The notes: generated by a model from the sequence alone, not told the origin. Shown: positions 37,412-47,551, counted from the stretch's first letter. The stretch is DNA of 64,000 nucleotides from Verrucomicrobiota bacterium (GCA_038214755.1 JBBQRQ010000012.1:10242-74241), one strand, 5' to 3'. Program-made: numbers and translations.

Positions 37412-38868
37412 ACGTTCGGAATTGCATTTGTCGGCGGCGCGTTCGTCGTTGTTGTCGCCGGCAAACCCAGTTTGGTGCGCAGGCGGGCGGCCGTTTCGGG
37501 CGAGACTCCGCGTTCGGGATCGAAAACTTCCTCCCGAACAATTCGCTTCAACTCATTCATCGGTTCAAGACCGACGCGTATCTCGGCGCCTTTGATTTCC
37601 GATTGAAATCGATTCCAAATTCTTTGCGCCATGCGCTCGTAATTCAACGCCATATCATCTTCATCCTGTGCGAGCGCGTCGTAGGAGTGACGCAGATAGC
37701 CGAGAATCAATTGCGTCGTTTTGTTCTTGTCCGTTTCCGTCACATCACCCATCGCCTGCGCTATGGCGAACTCGTCGAGGGGAAGTTTCTTTTTATTTTT
37801 GTCGAGCACGGCTTGCGGATATTTCTCCGCCAAATAATCGTACCAACGTTTGGCCTCAGCCTGGCGATTGGCTGTGTAGAGAAAATAAACGGCGGTGAAG
37901 AGAAAATTTTTGTGCCCGGTTTTCATGTGCTCCCGCTGGGTGGGGTCCTCGTTCATCATCGTCTCATAAATGCCGTTCACTTTTTCAACGAGATCGAGGT
38001 TCGGTCCGAGCGTGAACGTTTTATCGAATTTATTTTCGTGCAGCCCGCCGCGCATGAAAGCCATTTGCATCGTTTGATAAATCGAGCGGCGCAAGGTTTC
38101 CTGATCTTCTTTTTTCGCTCGACGCCTTCCGACTTCCGCCCAATAAACCGCGTGCGCATCGGGCAACCGCCACTCCAGCGGCCCGTAAAGTTCATCCACA
38201 TCCTTCATCAAACGCGGCTCCATTTTGTATATATTCGTCACCACTTGCAGGCGGTTGTTTGCTTCCTTGGTCTGTGGGTTGAGCAAGTCGGCGAAGTTCG
38301 GTTTGCCGCCGAACAGTTCCTGCATCTCGCCTGCCCAGGCTGTTTTGTAAAACTGGTGCGCGTCGTCGAGGTTGTTTCCCATCTTGTGTTGAAAGATCCA
38401 GGACAGCTCCCGATAGAGCAGCGTCTCATCGGGATTGAAGCGCAAGCCATCATCGCGCAACAAGACGATGCCCCGTCGCACCCAGCGCCAGCGGTCGGCT
38501 GGGTCGCTGAATTTCACGGAAATGTTGTAGGCCATGTTCCACGCCTGGAAATACCAGACCTGCCCAAAGTGCGGCTCAAGTTTCGTGATCCAATCGGCCA
38601 GTTGCACCATCTCGAAAAATTTATCTTCCTCCTGCAAATCGTTGGCGCGAATCCACAGCGCGTTGGCAATCAAGCCGCGAAATCCGCCGAGCGCGACGGT
38701 GGTGAAGGCCAGGACGGGCGGCGCATTTTCGAGGGGAGTGACGCGCGTCAAGCCGAGCGTCTCGCGGTCGTAATTCATCGCGCGTTGGATGTGAAAAACG
38801 CCCACGAAAAAAATTCCCGCCAAGGCGACGAGAGCCGGTTTATAAAATTTCGCGCGGGAAAAATTCAT
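37402..38868 (-). CDS. hypothetical membrane-anchored protein (488 aa) co-transcribed downstream of ABC-2 permease (TGATG overlap)
   Basis: start MNFSRAKFYKPALVALAGIFFVGVF; no domain recognised. Confidence 0.5.
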   Translation of the reverse strand: MNFSRAKFYKPALVALAGIFFVGVFHIQRAMNYDRETLGLTRVTPLENAPPVLAFTTVALGGFRGLIANALWIRANDLQEEDKFFEMVQLADWITKLEPHFGQVWYFQAWNMAYNISVKFSDPADRWRWVRRGIVLLRDDGLRFNPDETLLYRELSWIFQHKMGNNLDDAHQFYKTAWAGEMQELFGGKPNFADLLNPQTKEANNRLQVVTNIYKMEPRLMKDVDELYGPLEWRLPDAHAVYWAEVGRRRAKKEDQETLRRSIYQTMQMAFMRGGLHENKFDKTFTLGPNLDLVEKVNGIYETMMNEDPTQREHMKTGHKNFLFTAVYFLYTANRQAEAKRWYDYLAEKYPQAVLDKNKKKLPLDEFAIAQAMGDVTETDKNKTTQLILGYLRHSYDALAQDEDDMALNYERMAQRIWNRFQSEIKGAEIRVGLEPMNELKRIVREEVFDPERGVSPETAARLRTKLGLPATTTTNAPPTNAIPNVKK

Positions 38869-40250
38869 CACGAGTTTCCTTGCGCGGTGGCCAATTCGCG
38901 CCGGTTGAAAATGATGATGCCGATAGCGGCGATGATTCCGCCGAGCAACAAAACAATTTGCAAACCGGCCAAACCGAGTTGCGTCCACGTGATGCTGCGT
39001 CCCGTGCTGAGCGCGTCGATGGGTGAAAAACCTTCCACGAGATTTATGACTTTCAAAGTCGCGCGAAAAAACGGCACGAACACGGAATCAAGAATCGATT
39101 GGGCTTCGGCCAGTCCGCTCTCATGGCTGACGCCGAGGAGAGTTCCTTCCTGCGCGACGCTGCTGAGGGTCCGGCTGGAAAGTCCGACAATCAAAACGGC
39201 GAGCGACACAAATGCCGCGACCGGAAACGAAAGCAAGCTGGCCGCAGCCAAACCGAGTGTCGCGAGCAACGCCAGCCAGCAAAAAATAATTCCCAGACCG
39301 CGCGCGAAATTTATTCCGAAGCTGCTTTCGCGATACAAAACTTCCAGACCCTCTTCCAACGGAAAGAGCACCGTGGTTTCATTTGGATTGAGAAAAACAA
39401 TGTCGAGCACGCCATTCTCGTCGAAGAGATTGGGCGGGATGGGAAATTCGTGAAATGTTTCGGCGGAAAAACTCATCGGCTCGGAACGCCAAACATTTTT
39501 TGTCTCGGGATTTCCCACTTGCCAGAGCGCGATGTAAGTGGCGGTCGAACTGCCTTGCGGAGTGAAGAATTTCACTCGCAAAAAAAGCGGTTGATTGCGC
39601 AAAGAATCTTTGGCGCGCCCCAGTTCAATTCTCCAGGGACGATAGCCGCCGGGGCGCACGGATTGGATTCCGGCTTTCACCTGTTCTTCAATTTGTTTGC
39701 GCAGGGCAGGAATGTTCGTGGGGTTGACCGAACTGGTTTGCAAGCGGCGTTCCAATTCCTTTTCCACCACGTCGCCAAGGTCAGGCAAAACTTCCTTCAC
39801 TCCGGCGCGCGCGACCAAAACTTCATTGCGCAAAACCATTTGTTGCTCCGGCGGCAAACGTTTGGCCCGCCACTGCAGAAGAAAAAAAACGCTGCCGCCG
39901 GCGACAGCGAGGAGGAGCGCGTTGAGGGAAATTATTCCGAGCCATTTGCCGATCCAAATTTGCCAGCGCGAAATCGGCTTGGTCACAACCATTTGGATTT
40001 GCGCTTCTTCGATGTCGCGCGCCAGCGTACCGCACGCCAGCCAAAGCGTGGCGATTCCCAGCAGCCCAGTAATGGCGCTCAAAGTGTAAGTCAGCAAAAT
40101 TTGGGTGAAGCCGCGCGCGGTGCCGTCGTCTTTGATCAGCAGAGGCAGACCCACTACTGCGCCCACCAGCAGCGCGGCCAAAACCCAAAAGAGCCGATAA
40201 CGAAAAGCGGCTTTCCAAGTCAACCAAACGATGGCGGTGATGCGTTGCAT
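38868..40250 (-). CDS. ABC-2 family transporter permease
   Basis: multi-TM with large extracytoplasmic loop; downstream of ABC ATPase. Confidence 0.6.
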   Translation of the reverse strand: MQRITAIVWLTWKAAFRYRLFWVLAALLVGAVVGLPLLIKDDGTARGFTQILLTYTLSAITGLLGIATLWLACGTLARDIEEAQIQMVVTKPISRWQIWIGKWLGIISLNALLLAVAGGSVFFLLQWRAKRLPPEQQMVLRNEVLVARAGVKEVLPDLGDVVEKELERRLQTSSVNPTNIPALRKQIEEQVKAGIQSVRPGGYRPWRIELGRAKDSLRNQPLFLRVKFFTPQGSSTATYIALWQVGNPETKNVWRSEPMSFSAETFHEFPIPPNLFDENGVLDIVFLNPNETTVLFPLEEGLEVLYRESSFGINFARGLGIIFCWLALLATLGLAAASLLSFPVAAFVSLAVLIVGLSSRTLSSVAQEGTLLGVSHESGLAEAQSILDSVFVPFFRATLKVINLVEGFSPIDALSTGRSITWTQLGLAGLQIVLLLGGIIAAIGIIIFNRRELATAQGNS

Positions 40251-40280
40251 GAATTAGACACGACGGGCCGCGGGGCACCC

Positions 40281-40360
40281 GGGTAGCATCTGCCTCCGGC
40301 GGGTGCGAAAACAGCCAACGGGAGATCTCATCTCGCACCCGCCGGAGGCAGATGCTACCC
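40281..40360. repeat. 27-bp inverted arms gggtagcatctgcctccggcgggtgcga with 22-nt spacer, inside ATPase-permease junction
   Basis: seen directly. Confidence 0.9.
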
Positions 40361-40392
40361 GACTTGGATTTCTGGTTGTCGCCATCGGGGAA

Positions 40393-41607
40393 TTAAGATT
40401 TGTCCTTGGTCTTGCCGAGGAGCGACGACAATCTCTCGTTCGCTTGGCTGAGGTCAGCAGGCTTTTCCGGTTCGGGCGGAGGAGGAGTTATTTCCGGCTC
40501 AACTGGTTTCGTGAGCGACTCCAATTTTTTATGGGCGACCGATTCTGCGCTGGAAGCAACGGTCACTTGCGGCTGTGAAATTTCTGCTGGGCTGGTTGGT
40601 GCGGTGAAGCGTTCCAGAATTTTCTCGGTTGATGGTTTCGCATCGGCCTCGCCGCGCAGATAGGCAGCCACCCGCGCGCCGGAAATTGCGCCGGAGGTTT
40701 CCGCCGCGCTCTGTTTCGCGCGTTCGACGACACCGAGGAAATAGCTTTCCAGATTTTGCGTCGGGTTATCGACCTGGACTTTTTCCGCCGCCACATCGCG
40801 ACGAATCATTTCCAAAACGCGTTCCATGGTTTCGCGCGGCAACGGCGGGGTGGTGATGCGCACGGCGTCGGGCGTGGCGAGCAATTCCTTGAGCGTGCCC
40901 ATCGCCTGAATTTTTCCGCCGTAATAAATCACGACACGATCACAAACATCTTCGACATCGGCGAGCAAATGGCTGCTGAGAATGACAGTCTTGCCGCGAC
41001 GCGCCAGAGCGAGAATTAAATCTTTCACCTCGCGACAACCAATCGGATCGAGGCCAGCGGTGGGTTCATCGAGAATGACGAGGTCCGGATCGTTGATCAG
41101 CGCCTGGGCCAAACCGATGCGTCGTTGCATTCCTTTGGAAAATTCGCCAACGACGCGCGTTCGCACTTGGTTCAGACCAACCATTTCGAGCAACTGCTCT
41201 GAGCGCAGCGCACGGTCTTTCGCGGGGAGATCGAACAAGTTCCCGAAAAAATTTATCGTCTCGCGCGAGTTCAAATAGCGATAGAGATACGATTCCTCCG
41301 GCAAATAACCAATGCGCGCTTTCGTCGGAACATGGCGCGGCGAATGCCCGAAAACTTCGATGTGTCCTTTTGTCGGATACAAAAGTCCGAGCAACATTTT
41401 TACGGTGGTGGACTTGCCCGAACCGTTTGGTCCGAGCAGACCAAAAACTTCTCCGCGTCGCACTTCAAAATCGACATTGTCCACCGCGCGCGCTTTCGGG
41501 CGGCCCCAGAAATCTTTGAAGACTTTGGTCAGGCCGCGAACGACGATGATATTTTCAGTGGATTGCCGAGCGCGGGATGCGGAGCGCGGTATATCAAGAG
41601 CTTCCAT
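40393..41607 (-). CDS. ABC transporter ATP-binding protein with ~110-aa low-complexity Pro/Glu-rich C-terminal extension
   Basis: Walker A GPNGSGKST, signature motif, Walker B ILDEPTAGLD. Confidence 0.85.
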   Translation of the reverse strand: MEALDIPRSASRARQSTENIIVVRGLTKVFKDFWGRPKARAVDNVDFEVRRGEVFGLLGPNGSGKSTTVKMLLGLLYPTKGHIEVFGHSPRHVPTKARIGYLPEESYLYRYLNSRETINFFGNLFDLPAKDRALRSEQLLEMVGLNQVRTRVVGEFSKGMQRRIGLAQALINDPDLVILDEPTAGLDPIGCREVKDLILALARRGKTVILSSHLLADVEDVCDRVVIYYGGKIQAMGTLKELLATPDAVRITTPPLPRETMERVLEMIRRDVAAEKVQVDNPTQNLESYFLGVVERAKQSAAETSGAISGARVAAYLRGEADAKPSTEKILERFTAPTSPAEISQPQVTVASSAESVAHKKLESLTKPVEPEITPPPPEPEKPADLSQANERLSSLLGKTKDKS

Positions 41608-41611
41608 AATT

Positions 41612-41974
41612 CTAAGAATTCCTGTCGATTTTTCGGTTTTTGAAACCAGCCATGATGTACCAACCAGCCATCACGAGAAATGCAACGCCGAAAAAGTAAA
41701 AGGCATCAGGAGTCTGGGAATTGAGGCCAATCAAAATTGAAACTCCTCCAAATATCGCCCAAAATATCCCTCCCTGAAATTGAGAATTGCTGGCATGGGC
41801 GTACGCCTTTTTGTTTTGTTGAATCATCCGAGTAACATCAGTGACCTCAGTCTCGCATCGGTTTTTGCAGGCAAGGCCTTCTTTCAAATCCGCAGCGCAT
41901 TCCACGCACAATCCTTTCTGACAGTTTCGGCAAATTCCAACGGCAACTATTTGCGGATGGTAAAAGCAGTTCAT
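41612..41974 (-). CDS. zinc-ribbon membrane protein (CxxC...CxxC...C..C then 2 TM)
   Basis: MNCFYHPQIVAVGICRNCQKGLCVECAADLKEGLACKNRCE. Confidence 0.45.
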   Translation of the reverse strand: MNCFYHPQIVAVGICRNCQKGLCVECAADLKEGLACKNRCETEVTDVTRMIQQNKKAYAHASNSQFQGGIFWAIFGGVSILIGLNSQTPDAFYFFGVAFLVMAGWYIMAGFKNRKIDRNS

Positions 41975-41979
41975 AAATC

Positions 41980-42369
41980 TCAGCCCTTTTTCTCCGCTAA
42001 TTTCCTAATCACTTCCGCCAATCCTTTTTTATCCATGCGCTTTTGGGCGATGGCGATCATGGCGTCGTAGAGAATGTCGTCGGCTCTCGGGCAGTGGATT
42101 CCATTTTCTGCCAGGAACGTAATCGCGGAAAGAATCCCCGTTCGTTTGTTTCCATCTACAAAGGCCTGGGACTCGGCAATGTGAAACGCGTAACTTGTAG
42201 CGACATCAAATAAATCTCCACCGTAATGCCAAGTGTTCCTGGCCGACGCTAACGCAGAATCCACCAAACCAGAATCTCCTATGCCAGCCATTCCACCGAA
42301 AAGTTCAAGCGATATATCGTGTATTCTTTCCACCTCATTGCGGAAGAGAAAGCGTGGTTCCTTCTTCAT
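41980..42369 (-). CDS. doc: Doc (death-on-curing) Fic-fold toxin
   Basis: motif HIAESQAFVDGNKRTG. Confidence 0.8.
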   Translation of the reverse strand: MKKEPRFLFRNEVERIHDISLELFGGMAGIGDSGLVDSALASARNTWHYGGDLFDVATSYAFHIAESQAFVDGNKRTGILSAITFLAENGIHCPRADDILYDAMIAIAQKRMDKKGLAEVIRKLAEKKG

Positions 42370-42557
42370 TGAGCAAGCCGTCGCAAAAGCTCACGGTGTT
42401 CTTCTACAGCCCATTTCAGCGAAGCGTTAAATGTGGTTTCTCCTGACTTGTGTGCCTCTTGCAGAGAGCGCTCAAGCTTATGAACGAAAGAAATAATCAC
42501 TTCCTGTTCTTTGCGGGGAAGATTTTGAATTTCGTCGATAACTTGAGTTGTGCTCAT
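42366..42557 (-). CDS. Phd-like antitoxin candidate (63 aa) overlapping doc start
   Basis: position/size; ATGA-type overlap. Confidence 0.45.
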   Translation of the reverse strand: MSTTQVIDEIQNLPRKEQEVIISFVHKLERSLQEAHKSGETTFNASLKWAVEEHRELLRRLAQ

Positions 42558-42583
42558 GTGAAAATGGTAATGGAACTGCCTGT

Positions 42584-44659
42584 TTACGCCAACTTCGGAT
42601 TCAATTCCATCGGCGCAGATTTATTCTCGGGCGGCTCAGCAACCATGGCCTGATACGGCTCCAATTCCTCACCCTGCCGAACCAATCGGAAGCTGTTGAA
42701 AACGACGATGAGTGAGCCGACGACATGCATGATGGCGGCGACAATTGGATTGATATAGCCGAACGCCGCGAGCACCAAACCGCCGATCACAAATAAAATT
42801 CCGAGCAGAAAATTTTGATTAATCACGGCGCGAGTCTGACGCGAAAGTTTTACAAGAAAGGGCAGGCGGCGAAGATCGTTGTTCATCAGCGCAATCGTCG
42901 CGCTGTGGATGGCGACTTCGCTGCCAGCCGCGCCCATCGCGATGCCGAGGTCACCTGCCGCGAGCGCGGGAGCGTCGTTCACCCCGTCACCGACCACGGC
43001 GACGCGATAACCTTTTGCTTTTGTCGCGCGCACAAATTCAACTTTGTTCTGCGGCAAGCATTCCGCGACAACTTCTTCACATCCAATTTCGCGCGCGACC
43101 CGAGCGGCGACTGGCTCGCGGTCGCCGCTGACCATGGCGATGCGCCGCACACCTGCTTGTTTCAATTCAACCAACGCCTGACTTGCTTCTTTTCGCGTTT
43201 CGTCCTGCAAGCCAACCCAGCCAATGCACTTTCCGTTTTGCGCGACGTAAATGAGGCTGAATCCTTCGGCTTCTTTGAGGTCAACCGACGCGGTGAAATC
43301 ATCCGCAATTCCATTGTCCTTCAACCATTGCGCGCGGCCGACGACGATGTTTTTTCCATCGACTTCTGCTTTGATTCCCCGACCGGCCGTTTCCGAAAAA
43401 TTCTGCGGCTCAGGCAACGGCACGCCCGCTTCACCGGCTAATTGCGCCAATGCTTTCGCCGTTGGATGATTGGAATATTTTTCGGCGGACGCAGCGATGC
43501 GCAATAAATCCGCCGGAGCAGTTTCCCCAAGTGGAGCGAGGCGGCTGACGGCAAGTTTTCCCGTGGTGAGCGTTCCCGTTTTATCGAAGACGAACGCATT
43601 TATTTTTGCGGCGAGTTCAATGTCCGCGACGTTCTTGATCAAAATTCCCAAACGCGCGGCGGCGGAAAGAGCGGCGACCATCGCGGTGGGCGTGGCCAAA
43701 ATAAATGCGCAAGGACAAGCGACCACGCAGACGGCAATGACGCGTTCCAAATCTTTTGTAAACGCCCAGATCAATGCGGCGATCAACAAAACCAGCGGCG
43801 TGTAAAATCCCATGTATTGATCGACGATGCGCATGATCGGCAGTTTGGTTTTCTCGGCGGCCAAAATAAGTTCGCGCACTTTGCCGAGCGTGGTGTCCTG
43901 GCCGGCGCGGCTGACTCTAATTTCCAAAACACCCGTGAGATTTTGGGTGCCGGCAAAAACTTCGTCGCCCGGTTTTTTATCCACCGGCAATGATTCGCCC
44001 GTGATGTTGGCCTGATTGAATGACCCTTGCCCAGTCACGATGAGGCCGTCGGCAGCGACGTTGTCTCCGGGACGAACGCGAATGACATCTCCGATGGCTA
44101 AATCTTTTGTGGCGACTTCCTCTTCAAGCCGACTTTCAGTCGGCGGAACCACGTTTTGTGCTGCGGGATTTTTTCCAGATTCTGCCGACAGAATGTCGGC
44201 AGCACGTTGGATGCGACGCGCTTTTGTCGGAGTCAATTTGATGAGCGATTCGATGGACAAACGCGCGCCTTCCGCCGTTCGCGTTTCGATGATTTCTCCC
44301 AGCAACATGAAAAACGCGACCAGCCCCGCCTCCTGATAATTGCCCGACGAAAACGCCGCGATCACCGCCAGCGCGACGAGTTCGTTGGTCGTCAAGATTC
44401 CGCGCCGCAAATCTTTCAACGACGTCCAGACAATCGGGTAACCGAGAATGATCGCGCCGATCATCGCGCTGAAACCGGCGACCGTGCCACCCTTGCCGTA
44501 AATCCAATCGATGACGAATGAGTTGATGATGAAAATCAGGCCGAGGACGGTTTGCTGAAGACGCACGGGCGTATGCGAATGTTCGTGGCCGCACTCGCCG
44601 CAACTTTCGTCCTGTGTGTGGTCGTATTCGGTTCGGCTGAGTAATGAAGTGACTTGCAT
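42584..44659 (-). CDS. P1B-type heavy-metal translocating ATPase with His-rich N-terminus (HEHSH), CPC motif
   Basis: VACPCAF, DKTGTLT, GDGVNDAP. Confidence 0.85.
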   Translation of the reverse strand: MQVTSLLSRTEYDHTQDESCGECGHEHSHTPVRLQQTVLGLIFIINSFVIDWIYGKGGTVAGFSAMIGAIILGYPIVWTSLKDLRRGILTTNELVALAVIAAFSSGNYQEAGLVAFFMLLGEIIETRTAEGARLSIESLIKLTPTKARRIQRAADILSAESGKNPAAQNVVPPTESRLEEEVATKDLAIGDVIRVRPGDNVAADGLIVTGQGSFNQANITGESLPVDKKPGDEVFAGTQNLTGVLEIRVSRAGQDTTLGKVRELILAAEKTKLPIMRIVDQYMGFYTPLVLLIAALIWAFTKDLERVIAVCVVACPCAFILATPTAMVAALSAAARLGILIKNVADIELAAKINAFVFDKTGTLTTGKLAVSRLAPLGETAPADLLRIAASAEKYSNHPTAKALAQLAGEAGVPLPEPQNFSETAGRGIKAEVDGKNIVVGRAQWLKDNGIADDFTASVDLKEAEGFSLIYVAQNGKCIGWVGLQDETRKEASQALVELKQAGVRRIAMVSGDREPVAARVAREIGCEEVVAECLPQNKVEFVRATKAKGYRVAVVGDGVNDAPALAAGDLGIAMGAAGSEVAIHSATIALMNNDLRRLPFLVKLSRQTRAVINQNFLLGILFVIGGLVLAAFGYINPIVAAIMHVVGSLIVVFNSFRLVRQGEELEPYQAMVAEPPENKSAPMELNPKLA

Positions 44660-44707
44660 AAAATTATTTTAATTCAGCGGCGGTCACAGACGCGCCGCTA
44701 CAGATTA

Positions 44708-45832
44708 TTATTTTGGTTGCGCGGGAGTCGGTTCGATCACGCCGCTGCGAGATTTTTTGCGGCGATCACGGGCTTCGTCCGATTCCGCTTCGCGATTTAA
44801 TTGTATCCTGATTTCGCGCGAGTTTCCATTCGCGCGACGGAGCAGCGGAAATTTATCATCCGCAGTGGCCAGGATTTTTCCCCAGGTTTCCGTCAACAAC
44901 CGCTGCCGAAAAAGATCCGGATTCCTCTGATAACTTTCGAGGCTCGCTTGGAAAGCAGTTGCCTCCGCGTTGATGCTGCCGAGTAATTTCGTGCGGTCAC
45001 TCGTCGCGGTGTTCACGATGGAATTGGATTCGCTCAAAGCCGTCGTCAAGAGCGTGGCGGCGGCGCTGCGGGCGGCGTTGTTCGTCGTGCTCGCTTCCTG
45101 CTCGGCGGCAATCGCGGCATCAAAAGAATCCTTCACCTGACGCGGCGGAATGGATTCGAGCTTGCTCGATTCGACGACGATGCCGACCTGCTGTTGCGCC
45201 ATCGACCGGCTGAAAAGTTGAACCACTCTGTCTTTGAACGCGCCACGATCCAAGCGCACCGCGTTATCCACGTTGAACTGCGAGGACGCCGCGATCAACG
45301 CGTTGTCCAGGGCGTTGGTGACGACTTCTTTCGCGTCCTCAAAATTCAAGACGTAACCAATTGGATCGGTGATTCGATAATCCAGCGTGACTCGAACGTG
45401 AATGATATTTCCATCCGAGGTCATCGTGTAGCCATCGGCTGCGGGATTCAGCGAAGGGCCGGGCGGAAATTCCGTTCCATCCGGATTCATAAAATACCAG
45501 CCGACGGAGGAGGTGACGGTTTGGATTTCGCTGATGGGAATAAAAACTTTTTCATCGATGGGATAAGGCCATGACCAATGCAAGCCGGGGCCAAGCAATT
45601 GTTCTTTGGCGGCGCTGGCTGGTTTGCCAAAACGGAGCACGACGGCTTTTTGATTGGGCGGCACGGTGAAAATTCCAGAGCCAAGAAACACAATGACGAG
45701 CGCGACCATGATCAACTTCACGATGCTGAAGCTGCTCCGCAACGCTTCCGACAACGCTTGCGAACCGGCGTCCTCCAGCGGCGTGGGTGTTGGCGCTGAC
45801 TCGTGTTCGTGATGATCGTGTTGATCGCTCAT
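44708..45832 (-). CDS. SPFH/band-7 family protein (HflK-like, N-terminal extension + TM)
   Basis: band 7 domain; pairs with adjacent paralog. Confidence 0.7.
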   Translation of the reverse strand: MSDQHDHHEHESAPTPTPLEDAGSQALSEALRSSFSIVKLIMVALVIVFLGSGIFTVPPNQKAVVLRFGKPASAAKEQLLGPGLHWSWPYPIDEKVFIPISEIQTVTSSVGWYFMNPDGTEFPPGPSLNPAADGYTMTSDGNIIHVRVTLDYRITDPIGYVLNFEDAKEVVTNALDNALIAASSQFNVDNAVRLDRGAFKDRVVQLFSRSMAQQQVGIVVESSKLESIPPRQVKDSFDAAIAAEQEASTTNNAARSAAATLLTTALSESNSIVNTATSDRTKLLGSINAEATAFQASLESYQRNPDLFRQRLLTETWGKILATADDKFPLLRRANGNSREIRIQLNREAESDEARDRRKKSRSGVIEPTPAQPK

Positions 45833-45855
45833 TATTATTTTTGTAGGCGCTACAA

Positions 45856-46770
45856 TTATTTCTTCGGCACAGTTTTCAATTGACCGTCCAACAAGTTGAA
45901 TGGAGGCGTGCGCTCGTCGAGAATCAGCGTCGTGCGTTCTTTCAAAGTTTCGAGCGCTTCCACTTGCAACAGCAGGACGGCAAGCTCAGGATTTTTTTCA
46001 AAAATCTCGTAAGCCTTCGCCGCCTCGGCGTCGGCCTTGCCACGAATCTCCCGCGCCGTCGCGTCCGCTTGGGAAATAATTCCCGCGCGATCGCGATCGG
46101 CGGCGCTGGTGATCTTGCTCGCCTCAGCAACGCCTAGCGCCTGGATCCCCGCGACGACGCGCATTCGCTCTTCCTTCATACGATCAAAAACTTTTTGCGT
46201 GATGCTTTCGGGCAAGCCGAGTTTTTTGATTCCGAGAAAATTAAGGTGGATTCCATACTGCGTTTGCGCGGCGTTGGAAATCCGGTCGCGAATCTCCCCT
46301 TCGATCTGCGCAAATTTTAGCTCCTGCGGATTGGTGGAAATGAAGTGCGAAAATGGATGCTGTCCGATGACGATATTTTTTTCGCTGTTGACCAGCCGTT
46401 CCAGAGTTTGTTCCGCGCGAGGCACCGACCCGGAAAACCGTTCGCGGAATAGCATGGGATTGGTAATGGTCCAACCGACGTAAACCGTCACCAGAACATT
46501 TTTGCCGTCGCTCGTCAGAGTCTCAGTGAACTTGTCCTCGAAGTTTTGAATGCGCTTGTCGAACTTTTGCACCTTTTGAATCGGCCACGGCCATTTGAAA
46601 TAAAGTCCCGGCTCCGGCTTGTCCGGGTTGGTGTTGATGTCGCGCGTCGGCTTGCCGAAGGTCGTGACGAGCGCGACTTCCGTCTGGCGCACTTGAAAGG
46701 TGAAAAGCAACGCGCCGAAAATCAGCACCAGCAAAATTCCAATGGTGAAAGTAAGTGTGTTCCGTTTCAT
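45856..46770 (-). CDS. SPFH/band-7 family protein (HflC-like)
   Basis: band 7 domain, N-terminal TM. Confidence 0.7.
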   Translation of the reverse strand: MKRNTLTFTIGILLVLIFGALLFTFQVRQTEVALVTTFGKPTRDINTNPDKPEPGLYFKWPWPIQKVQKFDKRIQNFEDKFTETLTSDGKNVLVTVYVGWTITNPMLFRERFSGSVPRAEQTLERLVNSEKNIVIGQHPFSHFISTNPQELKFAQIEGEIRDRISNAAQTQYGIHLNFLGIKKLGLPESITQKVFDRMKEERMRVVAGIQALGVAEASKITSAADRDRAGIISQADATAREIRGKADAEAAKAYEIFEKNPELAVLLLQVEALETLKERTTLILDERTPPFNLLDGQLKTVPKK

Positions 46771-46925
46771 AAATTATTTCGTCTGGCTGCGTCTCGAGAG
46801 GAGCGCGGGGTTTACGCCGCTTCGCCTTACGAGCGCGGAAGATGGGAACGAATTTCCTCCAATCCGCTTCCACGTGAGAAACATTTTTCGTAAAACCGCC
46901 GCTGCCAATTCCATCGCCGCGCTGT

Positions 46926-47315
46926 TCACGTTGTTTTGATCTTGATTACTTCAAGCCCCTCCACGTCGTCGAAATCGGAGTCGCCCGCCAGCAGTGGGCA
47001 ATTTAATTCCAGCGCGGCGGCCGCGATGGCGGCGTCGTAGGGCTTGATCGTCTTGCCCCGTTTGCGTTGGCCGGCAATGAGCGAGGCCAGATGTTGCGCC
47101 TGCGCTTCGTCGAAGGAAAAAACAAACGGGCGGATGTGATCGTCGTAAAAACTTTGTCCGCGCTGGCGGACGCGCTCATTTTTGACCAGGCGCAGGCCGA
47201 CCAAAAATTCCGCCGCCGCCATCGCCGGCACCACAAAAGTTTCGCGATTGAGCAGACGGCGCAACTCTTCGTCGCGCTCGCTCTCGATCAGGAAACTGGT
47301 GTCGATGCACCTCAA
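46926..47315 (-). CDS. vapC: PIN-domain VapC toxin
   Basis: MRCIDTSFLIE...D..E..D PIN acidic residues. Confidence 0.75.
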   Translation of the reverse strand: MRCIDTSFLIESERDEELRRLLNRETFVVPAMAAAEFLVGLRLVKNERVRQRGQSFYDDHIRPFVFSFDEAQAQHLASLIAGQRKRGKTIKPYDAAIAAAALELNCPLLAGDSDFDDVEGLEVIKIKTT

Positions 47316-47551
47316 CGCCAGCCTCCCGGGACAGCTTTACGGGCGTCCTGCAATGCCGCCTTCAAGGTGAGCCGGTCCTTTTTGCTGAGGGAGGCGAGGC
47401 CCTCGCAGAGTTTTTTCCCGCTGCCGGTCCGCACGCTTTGAATGGCGGCGAAAACTTTTCCGTGTCTGGCGATCTCGACTTTTTTGCCGGACTGGACGTG
47501 CCCCAAAATGCGGGCGGTCTCTCGAGCTAACTCTGAGGCGGTGGCTTTCAT
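47312..47551 (-). CDS. Phd/YefM-type antitoxin
   Basis: MKATASELARETARILGHVQSGKKVEIARHGKVFAAIQSV; ATGA overlap with vapC. Confidence 0.6.
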   Translation of the reverse strand: MKATASELARETARILGHVQSGKKVEIARHGKVFAAIQSVRTGSGKKLCEGLASLSKKDRLTLKAALQDARKAVPGGWR

